DNA from: Candidatus Aminicenantes bacterium
Lineage (GTDB): Bacteria > Acidobacteriota > Aminicenantia > Aminicenantales > Saccharicenantaceae
Assembly (NCBI GenBank): GCA_963727095.1
Contig: CAVSEQ010000005.1
Span: forward strand, 534,952 to 598,951
Reading direction: 5' to 3'
Length of the DNA stretch: 64,000 nucleotides
The notes under the pieces were generated by a model. It ran no database searches. It worked only from the letters and a program-made list of their open reading frames with translations, and was not told the origin of the DNA. Positions 19,830 through 30,020 of this stretch are shown here, piece after piece; position 1 is the first letter of the stretch, and each line of letters begins with the position of its first letter. The position numbers and the translations under genes were made by a program.

Positions 19830-20042
19830 GTGAATATCTATCTCCAACGTTATCTGGGACTCGACGAACAGCGGGAGTACCGTCAGCCCGCCGGACTGCC
19901 CAGCCTCAGGACGCTTGAAAAAGACTACATCCGGTTCCTGCTCGATGCGACATCGAGAAACATGACGGAGGTCGCCCGGATTCTCTCCATCTCCCGCTCG
20001 AGCCTCTATCATAAGCTCCGCAAATATTCCATCACAGACTAG
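19830..20042 (+). CDS. Stand-alone Fis-type helix-turn-helix protein
   Basis: SLRTLEKDYI...NMTEVARILSISRSSLYHKLRKY. Confidence 0.8.
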   Translation: MNIYLQRYLGLDEQREYRQPAGLPSLRTLEKDYIRFLLDATSRNMTEVARILSISRSSLYHKLRKYSITD

Positions 20043-20156
20043 CCGGGGCGGCCTCCCTCCCCGCTCCGGCCTCCTCGTCTTTCCGGCCGTCCCACTCCGT
20101 CTTGACACCCGGTTTTGCTACGGACTATGATTGCCGCGCATCAAGGAGAGTGGACC

Positions 20157-21125
20157 ATGACCAGGATTATCGCCCGTGCCTTTCTTGCCATAGCTGTGAT
20201 GTCCGGCATCTTGGCGGCTCAAGAAAAGAAACAGGAGGAGCAACCCTGGCAGTGGAGCCTGGAGAAGGTCAAGACGGCCATCGCCAAAGTCCGCGCCGGA
20301 CGGAACCTGACTCCGGACACTTGGCCCAACGGCGCCAAAGCGGCCGTCGGCCTGTCCTTTGATTTCGACGCCGAGACGAGCGCCCTCCGCGATGCCAACC
20401 TTTCGCCGGGGGCTCTATCGCAGGGAGAATATGGGGCCCGGACCGGAGTTCCCAGGATTCTGGCCCTGCTCGACAAATTTTCGATCCCGGCCACATTTTT
20501 CGTGCCCGCGGTTACGGCCGAGCTCCATCCAGCCGAGATCAAGATGATCCTGGCCAAAAAACGCCACGAGATCGCCCTCCACGGCTGGATCCACGAGAGG
20601 AATTCCCAGCTTTCCGAGTCCGACGAGCGGGACCTCATGAAGAAGTCTTTCGACGTCTTGAAGCAGGCTGCGGGGCGCGCCCCGGTCGGCATCCGCACGC
20701 CCTCGTGGGACTTCAGCCCCTCGACCCTGAAGTTGATCCGCGAGCTCGGACTCCTCTATGACAGCAGTCTGATGGCGGACGATCGCCCCTACGAGCTTAT
20801 TGAGGACGGCAAGCCGACCGGCATCGTCGAGCTTCCGGTTGAATGGATCCTCGACGATTACCCCTACTTCGGCTTCGACCGTTTCACGAGCATCCGGCCG
20901 CAAGGCACTCCGGACGATGTTCTCTCGATTTGGACCGCCGAGTTCGATGCGGCTTATAAAGAGGGGACGGTTCTGATTCTAACGATGCATCCCAAGTACG
21001 TCGGTCACCGAAGCCGGACGGTCATGCTGGAGAAGCTCATCCAGCACATTCTCTCCCGCGGCGATGTCTGGTTCGCCACCCACGAGGACATCGCCCGCTA
21101 CGTCCAAAAGGCCGGGGGAAAATAG
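20157..21125 (+). CDS. Exported polysaccharide deacetylase (CE4/NodB, PgdA-like)
   Basis: LSFDFDAE, ATFFVP, HEIALHGWIHE, RTPSW, YDSS, LTMHP; signal peptide. Confidence 0.88.
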   Translation: MTRIIARAFLAIAVMSGILAAQEKKQEEQPWQWSLEKVKTAIAKVRAGRNLTPDTWPNGAKAAVGLSFDFDAETSALRDANLSPGALSQGEYGARTGVPRILALLDKFSIPATFFVPAVTAELHPAEIKMILAKKRHEIALHGWIHERNSQLSESDERDLMKKSFDVLKQAAGRAPVGIRTPSWDFSPSTLKLIRELGLLYDSSLMADDRPYELIEDGKPTGIVELPVEWILDDYPYFGFDRFTSIRPQGTPDDVLSIWTAEFDAAYKEGTVLILTMHPKYVGHRSRTVMLEKLIQHILSRGDVWFATHEDIARYVQKAGGK

Positions 21126-21201
21126 GACCGGCTGATCAGCCCCTCCCGCGAGTTCGCGCTCGGGGCCCGGGGCCGGTTTTCTTCCGGCCGCCGACGCGCT
21201 T

Positions 21202-22290
21202 CTATTTCGCGGCCGGCTCTACCTCGGCTTCGGTTTCCTTCTCGAGGCCGACTTTCTTCCGGATTTCCATCTCGAGCTGGGCCGCCATGTCCTTGTTATC
21301 CTTGAGGAGCCTCTTGACGTTGTCCCGGCCCTGGCCGAGGCGTTCGCCTTTGTAGGAGTACCATGTTCCGGATTTGTCCAGGATTCCCGTTTCAAAACCG
21401 AGGTCGACGAGGTCTCCTTCCCTCGAAATTCCCTCGCCGAAAATAATGTCGAATTGCGCCTCCCGGAACGGCGGCGCCATTTTGTTCTTGACGATCTTGA
21501 CCTTGGCCCGGCTGCCGACGACGCAATCGCCCTCCTTGAGGACGGAAAGCTTCCGGACGTCGATGCGCATCGACGCGTAGAACTTCAGGGCCCGACCGCC
21601 CGTCGTCGTCTCCGGGTTGCCGATGAACATGCCGATCTTCTCCCGGATCTGGTTGATGAAAATGAAACAGGTCTTCGACCGGGCGACGATGGCTGTCAGC
21701 TTGCGCAGAGCCTGCGACATGAGCCGCGCCTGGAGCCCCATGTGCGCGTCGCCCATCTCCCCTTCGAGCTCGGCCTTGGGCACAAGGGCGGCGACCGAAT
21801 CCACGACAACCACGTCCACGGCGCCGCTCCGGACGAGAACCTCGGCGATCTCGAGCGCCTGCTCGCCGTAGTCGGGCTGCGAGATCAGCAAATTGTCGAT
21901 GTCGATCCCGATGCTGGCGGCGTACTTGGCGTCGAGGGCGTGCTCGGCGTCGATGAAGGCAGCCTGTCCGCCCCGCTTCTGGGCTTCGGCGATGACGTGG
22001 AGGGCCAAGGTTGTTTTCCCCGTTGCCTCGGGGCCGTAAATCTCGACGACGCGCCCCCGGGGAAAGCCGCCGATCCCCAGAGCCAGGTCGAACGAGATGG
22101 ACCCGGTCGGGATGGCCGCGACCGGAACGGCGGCGCCTTTCTGGCCGAGCTTCATGACGCTGCCCTTCCCGAACTGTTTCTCTATCTGGGACAGGGCGGC
22201 CTCGATGGCTTTGTTCCTGGACGCCAGCTTTTGTTCCGTGTCGTCGTCTTTCATAACGCCTCCTTGGTCGGACGGATTCTTTTTAACCAT
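21202..22290 (-). CDS. recA: Recombinase A
   Basis: [39 protein letters not shown]; alternative start 22254. Confidence 0.98.
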   Translation of the reverse strand: MVKKNPSDQGGVMKDDDTEQKLASRNKAIEAALSQIEKQFGKGSVMKLGQKGAAVPVAAIPTGSISFDLALGIGGFPRGRVVEIYGPEATGKTTLALHVIAEAQKRGGQAAFIDAEHALDAKYAASIGIDIDNLLISQPDYGEQALEIAEVLVRSGAVDVVVVDSVAALVPKAELEGEMGDAHMGLQARLMSQALRKLTAIVARSKTCFIFINQIREKIGMFIGNPETTTGGRALKFYASMRIDVRKLSVLKEGDCVVGSRAKVKIVKNKMAPPFREAQFDIIFGEGISREGDLVDLGFETGILDKSGTWYSYKGERLGQGRDNVKRLLKDNKDMAAQLEMEIRKKVGLEKETEAEVEPAAK

Positions 22291-22410
22291 AGGTTGTGAC
22301 TCCTCTCTCTCCCCATCGTGATCATGACCCGCCGCCCTGCCGCATCGAGTTTACCCTTATCGGCGGGCGTTTTTCAATCCTTTTCTTCAGAGCATGCGGT
22401 TCTTCTCCTG

Positions 22411-23157
22411 TCACCGTTGGAGGCGATGGAAGAGCATATCATAATCCTCGATCAGCCCCTCGTCGGCGAAGCTGAAATAGCGGTTGTTGCCGATGATGAT
22501 GTGGTCCAGAACCTTGATCTGGATGACTCGGGCGGCGAAAACGAGGTCGCGCGTGATCTCCTTATCGCAGAGGGAGGGTTCCGGGTCGCCGGAAGGGTGG
22601 TTATGGACGAAGATCAAGGCCGAGGCCTCGTAATGGAGCGCGTCCTTGATCACTTCGCGCGGATACACCGCGCTCGAATCGACGGTTCCTTCGAACAGCG
22701 TTTTCTCCTCGACGACTTGGTTCTTCGTATCGAGGAAAATAACTTTGAACAGCTCGCGCCTCATGTCCCGCAGCGCGTGATAGAGGTAATCGAAGACCTC
22801 CTTGGAGGAGTGACAGACCGGCCGACTCATCATTCTGTCCTTGAGATAACGCCGCGCCACCTCGTGGATCAGTTTGAGTCCGAACACGTTTCGGGGTCCG
22901 ATACCGCTGAGCTTTTGAAGTTCTTGGGCCGGCGCCTCCAGGACGCCCTGGAAAGTCTTGAACTCTCTCAAGGCCTCCTTGGCCGCGGCCTTGCAATCCC
23001 GGCGCGGCGTTCCGACGGTGAGCAGAAGCTCGATGATCTCGTAATCCAGGAACCCGCTGAGGCCGCTCCTCAGGAATTTTTCCCGCAACCTCTCCCGGTG
23101 GCCGGAGCTGTCCGGTCCAAGAGCCTGGGGCTCAACCGGCACCGGGTCCGTCTCCAT
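22411..23157 (-). CDS. radC: RadC-family JAB-domain protein
   Basis: GHRERLR, VYPREV, HNHPSG...S..D, LDHIIIG. Confidence 0.92.
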   Translation of the reverse strand: METDPVPVEPQALGPDSSGHRERLREKFLRSGLSGFLDYEIIELLLTVGTPRRDCKAAAKEALREFKTFQGVLEAPAQELQKLSGIGPRNVFGLKLIHEVARRYLKDRMMSRPVCHSSKEVFDYLYHALRDMRRELFKVIFLDTKNQVVEEKTLFEGTVDSSAVYPREVIKDALHYEASALIFVHNHPSGDPEPSLCDKEITRDLVFAARVIQIKVLDHIIIGNNRYFSFADEGLIEDYDMLFHRLQR

Positions 23158-23219
23158 CCTTTGAAGAGACGTCTGCGAGGCCGGTTTTTCCCAAAGGGAC
23201 CGTTAAATCGACCGGCCGG

Positions 23220-23815
23220 GCCTCGCTCTGCGGCGGTGAGTTTGCCCTTGGCCCCGCGCCGCTCTTCGCGCCCGCTCTCGGGGTGCTCCCTCCGTCAGGT
23301 CGCGGGTTTGCCCCGGCGAGTCAAACCCGCTCGGGGAAAGGCCTCGCTCTGGGAAAAGGCAACTTCTGGGGTCAAACCTACACCTTTCACTTTTTGCCGG
23401 GATCGTAGTCGTGCGGCGGTTTACTTAAAAAGTGAAAAGTGTAGGTTTGACCCCGTTGGGTTTTCCCCACCGTGCCACCACTGCAGCAAAGCTGCGGTAG
23501 TGCTGGTCGCTTCTTAGAATCCGCTCCCTGCCGCTCGGCCTTTCCACGCCTTCCTCCGGGAAACACCCCTGCGGCGGGCGCGAAAACGGAAATCACAGAC
23601 TTGTTCCGGATATTTCCCGGAAGCACGGCTCCTTGCCGCTCCAGCGCGCTCCCGTTGGTCGCTCCCCAGACTCCGCTCCCGGCTGGCCGAGGGGTGTCCT
23701 CGGAGCGAGCATAGAGCGGTAAGCCAATATCGTTTAGGATATTTCTCAAAAGTCCGGCTTCGAGCAGCTCAGCCGTTCTTCTGCTGGTCGCTTCTTAGAA
23801 TCCGCTCCCTGCCGG
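23220..23815. repeat. Composite palindromic mosaic between radC and fadD
   Basis: Three head motifs (23504, 23656, 23785, minus strand), 35-bp hairpin module 23296-23330, 28-bp inverted repeat 23368-23454. Confidence 0.85.
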
Positions 23816-23889
23816 AGACGCCCCATCGGCTCCGGAGCGGGACGGCGTGGAGAATCAACGCATCGAACAGAGAGGATTCCCCGAGGCAA

Positions 23890-25677
23890 CTATTCTTCGT
23901 AAAGAGAATCGATGAGGCCCTGGTACTTTTCTTCGACGAGCGCCCGCCGAACTTTAAGCGTAGGGGTCATCTCGCCAGAGGCGATATCGAAATCCCGCTC
24001 GAGCAAGGCGATCTTCTTGATCCTTTCGTAGGAGGCCAGCTCCGGCGTCGAACGGTTGACCTCGGCCAGGATGAAATCTCGAACATCCTCGCGCCGGCAG
24101 AGTTCGGACCTGTCTTTGAACGGGATATCGTTCGACCTGGCATACTCCTCGAGTCTGACGAAATCGGGAACGATAAGGGCCGAGATAAAACGCTTCCGCT
24201 CTCCGACGACGACGGCGCTCGCGATGTAAGGGTTGAGAACCAGCATGCTCTCGATCGGCTGGGGGGCGACATTCTTGCCCCCGGCCGTGACGATGAGGTC
24301 CTTCTTCCGGTCGGTGATGAAGAGAAATCCGTCGGCGTCGAAATGGCCGACGTCCCCGGTATGGAGCCAGCCGCCTTCCATGATCTCGAGCGTTTCCGCT
24401 TCCCGCTTATGGTAGCCGACCATGATGTTGGGTCCGCGGGCCAGGATCTCGCCGTCCGCCGCGATCTTTATCTCGACACCGGGGATGGTCTTGCCCGCGC
24501 TCCCAAATCGCATAGCCTCGAGCGAGTTGGCAGTTAGAAAGGGAGAGGTTTCTGTCAGGCCGTAGCCGGGCAGGATGACCAGGCCCATCGCGCAGAAGAA
24601 TTCCGTGATATCGGCGGCCAGCGGAGCCCCGCCGCAGGCGAAATATTTCACGCGGCCCCCGGTCTTCTCAAGGATCTTTTCGAAAACCAGACGCCGGGCG
24701 AGGGAAAGCTTGAGCGTCAGGGCTCTCGGGAGGGCCTCGTTACGGATCTTTTTCGCGAGGGCTCTCTTCCCTACGGCCAGGGCCCAGAAAAATATCGCCT
24801 TTTTCAAAGAGGGCTGGGCCAGAACCATGTCCATGACTCGGGCGTACATTTTTTCAAATAGCCGCGGCACGCCGACCATGATCGTCGGCCGCACCTCGAG
24901 GAGGTTCTCGCTCACGGACTCGATGCTTTCGGCGTAGGCGATGGCGGCGCCTTTGTAGAGGAAACCGAAGGTCGCCGTCCGCTCCAGCACATGCGACAGC
25001 GGCAGGAAGGAGAGAATTGTATCGGCCGTACCCCAAGGGATCATGGGCTCCAGGGAACAGAAATTGCTGACGAAGTTATGATGGCTGAGCATGACGCCCT
25101 TGGGCATCCCCGTCGTCCCTGAGGTGTAAATAATCGAGGCCGTATCGGAGGGCAGGACGGCCAGAGCGTTGCGCTCGAACAGTCCGGGGTCGGCATCGGC
25201 GGCCCGTCTCCCTTTGCCCATGACCTCGCCCAGAGTCATCATCCCGGCGGGCTCTTCCTCGTCGATCATGATAAAATGGCGGACCCGGCCCAGCTGGTTT
25301 TGCACGGCCTGCACTTTGAGCCAAAGCTCACGGTTGGAGCAAACGACGATCGAGGCGTCCGAATCATCGATGATGTATCGGATGTGCTCCGGCAAGAGCG
25401 AGGTGTAGATCGGCACCGTCACGCCGCCCGCGCAGAGGATGGCGAAGTCGGTGATGATCCACTCCGGACGGTTTTCCGAAAGGATGACGACCTTGTCGCC
25501 GGGCCTCAGCCCGAGTTCGCATAGGCCCAGGGAAAGATCACGGACGCGTGTCTCGACATCTCTTGTGGACAGGGGAACATAGCGGCCCTCTCGCTTAGCC
25601 ATGAGCAGGTCCGGCCTGGCGTAGAGCCGGCAGGTGTTCAGGAAGAGCCGGCTGAGTGTCGAAACGGCGTCCGTCAT
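23890..25677 (-). CDS. fadD: Long-chain fatty acid--CoA ligase (FAA1/FadD type), paralog 1
   Basis: YTSGTTGMPKGVMLSH, GYGLTE, TGD, TPTLK. Confidence 0.9.
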   Translation of the reverse strand: MTDAVSTLSRLFLNTCRLYARPDLLMAKREGRYVPLSTRDVETRVRDLSLGLCELGLRPGDKVVILSENRPEWIITDFAILCAGGVTVPIYTSLLPEHIRYIIDDSDASIVVCSNRELWLKVQAVQNQLGRVRHFIMIDEEEPAGMMTLGEVMGKGRRAADADPGLFERNALAVLPSDTASIIYTSGTTGMPKGVMLSHHNFVSNFCSLEPMIPWGTADTILSFLPLSHVLERTATFGFLYKGAAIAYAESIESVSENLLEVRPTIMVGVPRLFEKMYARVMDMVLAQPSLKKAIFFWALAVGKRALAKKIRNEALPRALTLKLSLARRLVFEKILEKTGGRVKYFACGGAPLAADITEFFCAMGLVILPGYGLTETSPFLTANSLEAMRFGSAGKTIPGVEIKIAADGEILARGPNIMVGYHKREAETLEIMEGGWLHTGDVGHFDADGFLFITDRKKDLIVTAGGKNVAPQPIESMLVLNPYIASAVVVGERKRFISALIVPDFVRLEEYARSNDIPFKDRSELCRREDVRDFILAEVNRSTPELASYERIKKIALLERDFDIASGEMTPTLKVRRALVEEKYQGLIDSLYEE

Positions 25678-25794
25678 GTTCGCGTCATCGCCTATCTTCG
25701 GATTTGCTTCGCGCCGCCCGGCTGCCGCAGTCCGGGATCCCGGGTCCGGACCACCGGCGAACTCGGACACGAGACAGGGCCATCGGTCGAACCC

Positions 25795-27573
25795 TCATTC
25801 CTTATAAAGCGAGTCGATCACGGCCTTGAACTTCTTTTCGATGAACGTCCGTTTCACCTTGAGCGTGGGCGTGACCTCGCCGGCGTCGATGTCGAAATCC
25901 CTGTCGAGCAGGGCGATGCGCTTGATACGCTCGTAGGACGCGAGGTCGGGCGTCGTGCGGTTGACCTCGGCCAGCATGAGGTCGCGGACCGCCTCGAGCC
26001 TGCAGAGATCGGACCGATCCTTGAACGCGATCCCCTTTGCCCTGGCGAGGCTCTCGAGTTTGTCGAAGTCCGGAACGATGAGGGCGGAAATGAACTTGCG
26101 GCTCCCGCCGACGACGACCGCGTTCTGGATGTACGGGTTCGTCTTTAAAAGGTTCTCGATGGGCTGGGGCGCGACATTCTTGCCGCCGGCCGTAACGATG
26201 AGGTCCTTCTTGCGGTCCGTGATCACCAGGAACCCGTCGGGGTCCAGGTACCCGACATCTCCGGTACGAAACCAGCCGCCCTCCAGAACCTCCCGCGTTT
26301 CCGCCTCGTTCTTGTAGTATCCCTGCATGATGTTCGGGCCCCGGGCCAGGATCTCGTTGTCCGCGGCGATCTTGATCTCGACGCCCGGGACGGGCGCGCC
26401 CACCGTTCCGAACCTGAGGCGGTCGAACGTGTTGCAGGTCAGGACAGGCGATGTTTCCGTCAGGCCGTAGCCTTCGAGAATGGTGATCCCTATGGCGTAG
26501 AAGAACTCGGCCACGTCCTTCGAGAGGGGAGCGCCGCCCGACACAAAGAACTTGACGCGGCCCCCGGTCTTCTCAAGGATTTTGCTGAACACCAGTTTGT
26601 GGGCCAGGTTCCGCCGGACGGCCAGTCCGCGGGAGATCGGCTCTTTCCGAATTTTCCTGGCCCCGTATCTTTTCCCGGTCCGCAGCGCCCAGAAAAAAAT
26701 GCGCCGCTTCAAGGGCGACTGGGCGAGGACGTTGTCCATGACCTTGGCGTAGATCTTATCAAAGAGCCGGGGCACGCTGATCATGATCGTCGGACGGACC
26801 TCGATCAGGTTCTCAGCGACGGTGTCGACGCTTTCAGCGTAGGCGATGGACGCTCCCTTGTAGAGGAAGGAGAACGTCGTCATGCGTTCGAGCACATGCG
26901 TGAGCGGCAGGAACGAGAGGATCGTGTCCGTATGGACGAAGTCCGTAACCGCGTCGAGGGCTTTGCTGTTGCTGACGAAGTTGCCGTGGCTCAACATGAC
27001 CCCTTTGGGAATTCCGGTCGTGCCGGAGGTGTAGATGATCGAAGCCAGGTCGCTCGGCTTAATGCTCATGGCCAGGGAGTCGAAAGCGCCTGGATCGGCT
27101 TCGGCACGCGCCTTGCCGCGGCCCATGAGTTCGCCTAGAGTCAGCACCCCCGCCGGCGCCTCATCCTCGATCATCACGAAGCTCCGCACCTTCGGCAGGG
27201 CGCGGCGCACCGCATCCACTTTGAGCCAGAGGTCCCGCTTCGAGCAGATCACGATCGTCGCGTCGGAGTCGTTGATGATGTATTTGACCTGCTCGGGCGT
27301 GAGCGACGTGTAGATCGGGACCGAAATTCCGCCGGCGCAGAGGACGGCGAAATCGGCCATGATCCATTCCGGACGGTTCTCGGAAAAGATGACCACCTTG
27401 TCGCCCGGCTGGAGCCCGATCTCCCGCAATCCCAGGGAAAGCCGGCGGACGCGCTCTTCAACTTCCGCGGTCGAGAGCGGAACGTATCGGCCGTCCTTTT
27501 TGCCCATCAACAGGTCGCCCTTGACATAGGTGCGGCACGTGTTGAGGAAAAGCTGGGACAGGGTCTCAACCAT
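25795..27573 (-). CDS. fadD: Long-chain fatty acid--CoA ligase (FAA1/FadD type), paralog 2
   Basis: YTSGTTGIPKGVMLSH, EGYGLTETSP, TGD, TPTLK. Confidence 0.9.
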   Translation of the reverse strand: MVETLSQLFLNTCRTYVKGDLLMGKKDGRYVPLSTAEVEERVRRLSLGLREIGLQPGDKVVIFSENRPEWIMADFAVLCAGGISVPIYTSLTPEQVKYIINDSDATIVICSKRDLWLKVDAVRRALPKVRSFVMIEDEAPAGVLTLGELMGRGKARAEADPGAFDSLAMSIKPSDLASIIYTSGTTGIPKGVMLSHGNFVSNSKALDAVTDFVHTDTILSFLPLTHVLERMTTFSFLYKGASIAYAESVDTVAENLIEVRPTIMISVPRLFDKIYAKVMDNVLAQSPLKRRIFFWALRTGKRYGARKIRKEPISRGLAVRRNLAHKLVFSKILEKTGGRVKFFVSGGAPLSKDVAEFFYAIGITILEGYGLTETSPVLTCNTFDRLRFGTVGAPVPGVEIKIAADNEILARGPNIMQGYYKNEAETREVLEGGWFRTGDVGYLDPDGFLVITDRKKDLIVTAGGKNVAPQPIENLLKTNPYIQNAVVVGGSRKFISALIVPDFDKLESLARAKGIAFKDRSDLCRLEAVRDLMLAEVNRTTPDLASYERIKRIALLDRDFDIDAGEVTPTLKVKRTFIEKKFKAVIDSLYKE

Positions 27574-27633
27574 GGCGACCTCCTCTCTGGCTATCGGTCT
27601 TCCTTTATCCCCACCGTGGTTACGGGCGGTCTA

Positions 27634-28258
27634 TCAACCTCCAACGTGCTTCTTTTCATGATCGAGGAGCCAGGCCTTGCGCGACAGGCCTCCGCCGTAG
27701 CCGGTGAGCCCGCCCGAGGCGCCGATCACGCGGTGGCAGGGCACGATGATGCTGACAGGGTTTCTGTGGTTGGCGCCGCCGACGGCCCTCGTCGAACGGA
27801 TGTTACCGACGGAGGCGGCGATTTCCTTGTACGTCGCGGTCTTACCGTAAGGGATGGCGAGAAGGGCTTCCCAAACCCGCTTCTGAAACGTCGTGCCCAC
27901 CAGGCTGAGAGGCACGTCAAAGACGGTCCGCTTGCCTTGGAAGTACTCGTCGAGCTGCTTCAAGCATTCTTGCAGGTGGCGGGGCAATTCCGGCTTCCCG
28001 GCAGTGACGCCTTTCCGTGATTGCGTCCAGTCGTCGATTTCGACGGCAGCGACGCCTCCCATGCTTGAGCCTGTCTTCGAATTCGACAGCCGCGCCACCT
28101 CCCCGTGCCTGCGTCCAGTCGTCGAATGCGACGGCTGTGATGCCTCTTCGCGCATGAATCCGCTCGACGAATTCGAGGGCAGTGATGCCTCGGCCGTCCG
28201 CAACGGTTTTGACCCAGCCGATCGGGGAATTGTACCACCCGGTATGGATTTCAAACAT
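27634..28258 (-). pseudogene. ogt: Methylated-DNA--protein-cysteine methyltransferase with internal 45-bp repeats and a frameshift
   Basis: N-terminus YNSPIG in one frame; GTTFQKRVW, IPYG, RAVG, PCHRV in another. Confidence 0.8.
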
Positions 28259-28459
28259 GTCGCACCGTCCTGCGTCCGGTCGAAGAACGCCCGGCCCACG
28301 ATAATACAAACGGGCTCTGTTTTCAACCGCCGGGGGGGAAGCCGCCGAGCGGCGCTGATCTTGCCCGGCCACAGGGACGCAGGGGAAGCCTCGAGACGAG
28401 CCGTTCGATTGACGGCCTGTATGGCCTATGGTAAAAGCAGAAGAGAAAAGAGAGGTGCC

Positions 28460-29284
28460 ATGAGCGGAAACATTCCGGCCCTGTTCGTGTCCGGGAAAAA
28501 CCTGCCCGAAGCCTGGGAGAAGGCCGTCCTGGCCTGCTGGCAGAACGGAACCGCCATCCGGACCGAATACGACAAACCCGGAGACCCGCCGAGCAAGGAC
28601 TGCACCATGATGTGGACGGTCGAGGACCCCTTTGCGGAACCGCGCATCCACAGGGCCTTCCCCGGAGGGCTGGAGGACCTGGAGGTCTACCGGCAGGAGG
28701 TCGTGGAGGGCGTCCACGATCATTGGATCTGCCCCGAAGAGGGCAAATGGACTTATACCTACCACAAGCGTCTCTTCGCCTACGACATCGAGGGCGAGAC
28801 GATTGACCAGATCAATTACCTAGTTGAGAAGCTCGGCCAGGCTGGGCATTCAAGGCGCGCCCAAGCCATCACTTGGAACCCGAAACTGGACCCGCCGACC
28901 TATGACCCGCCCTGCCTCCAGAGGGTCTGGTGCCGGATGCTCGAGGACGACACGGGGGTTCCCGTCCTCAACATGAACTGTCATTGGCGGTCCCGCGACG
29001 CTTACAAAGCGGCCTATATGAACGTCTTCGCCTTGACCGACCTCCAAAGAGCGATCGCGGGACGGATCAGCGAAAAAATCCGGCGCCCCGTGCGCATCGG
29101 CCGCTATACCGACCTCGTGGACAGCTTTCACATCTACGGATCCTACTTCGGCGAATTCGAGGGGTTCCTGAAGATGGTCGAAAAGAGATCCTTCGAGGAG
29201 AGGACTTGGCCGAGCGCCTACGCCGAACCCATGTTCGAGGAAGCCAGGAGCCGGCTCCGCTTGGAAAAGGCGGAGGGGAAATAG
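28460..29284 (+). CDS. thyA: Thymidylate synthase, archaeal-like type
   Basis: YTYHKRL, SRRA, PPCL, WRSRD....MN, SFHIY. Confidence 0.8.
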   Translation: MSGNIPALFVSGKNLPEAWEKAVLACWQNGTAIRTEYDKPGDPPSKDCTMMWTVEDPFAEPRIHRAFPGGLEDLEVYRQEVVEGVHDHWICPEEGKWTYTYHKRLFAYDIEGETIDQINYLVEKLGQAGHSRRAQAITWNPKLDPPTYDPPCLQRVWCRMLEDDTGVPVLNMNCHWRSRDAYKAAYMNVFALTDLQRAIAGRISEKIRRPVRIGRYTDLVDSFHIYGSYFGEFEGFLKMVEKRSFEERTWPSAYAEPMFEEARSRLRLEKAEGK

Positions 29285-29298
29285 GCGGGCGAGCAGCC

Positions 29299-29928
29299 AT
29301 GCCCGTTGTCCTCTCCGCAGCGGCGATCGTCAGTGCGGCGTTAGCCATCGTTTTCGATCACAAGGACCGGCGTCTCCTTGTCTATGTCTTCAAGCCGCTG
29401 ACCATCGTCCTGATCATGCTCGTGGGCGTCGTGTCGGCTGAGCCTGGATCGGCGGCGTACAGAACATTTATCCTGGCCGGGCTGGCCGCCTCGCTCGCCG
29501 GGGACATCCTGCTGATGCTGCCCAAAAGACCCTTCGCCGCGGGATTGGCCTGCTTCCTCGTGGCTCATGGCTTCTATATCCTGGCCTTCCGCCCGTCGCC
29601 GGGGCATCGCGTCACGCCCGTTCTCCTGCTCCCCTTCATTATTCTTGGCCTTCTTGTATTCAGAACCCTGGCTCCGGTTCTCGGCCGGATGAAGTTTCCG
29701 GTCCTTATTTACGTTGCCGCCATCACCGCCATGGCCTGCCTGGCGGCGGCGCGGTTCGTCGATCTCGGCGGGAGCCGGACCCTGTTCGCGTTTGCCGGAG
29801 CCACCCTGTTCCTCGTCTCCGACAGCGTCCTCGCCTACAACCGTTTCGTCAGACCCTTCAGCGCGGCGCAATTCATCATTCTCGGGACATACTTTCCGGC
29901 GCAGCTCCTCATCGCTCTCTCCGTCTGA
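29299..29928 (+). CDS. YhhN/lysoplasmalogenase-family membrane protein
   Basis: FKPL, GDILL, FLVAH..Y, LFLVSD..LA, YF.AQ. Confidence 0.88.
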   Translation: MPVVLSAAAIVSAALAIVFDHKDRRLLVYVFKPLTIVLIMLVGVVSAEPGSAAYRTFILAGLAASLAGDILLMLPKRPFAAGLACFLVAHGFYILAFRPSPGHRVTPVLLLPFIILGLLVFRTLAPVLGRMKFPVLIYVAAITAMACLAAARFVDLGGSRTLFAFAGATLFLVSDSVLAYNRFVRPFSAAQFIILGTYFPAQLLIALSV

Positions 29929-30020
29929 GATCCCTGGAGCAAGGCCTTCATGAGGCCATTAATTTCCGCTCCGCTGTCGTCGTCCCGCACGAAGTCCCGT
30001 TTTCGGAACTCGGAAGCTCG

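Noticed and set aside
22291-22410. LexA/SOS box before recA or uvrA
   Set aside because: No shared motif could be found by eye.
28460-29284. Phage-type dCMP hydroxymethylase or DNA-modification system
   Set aside because: dUMP-type Asn is present and there are no phage or modification genes nearby.
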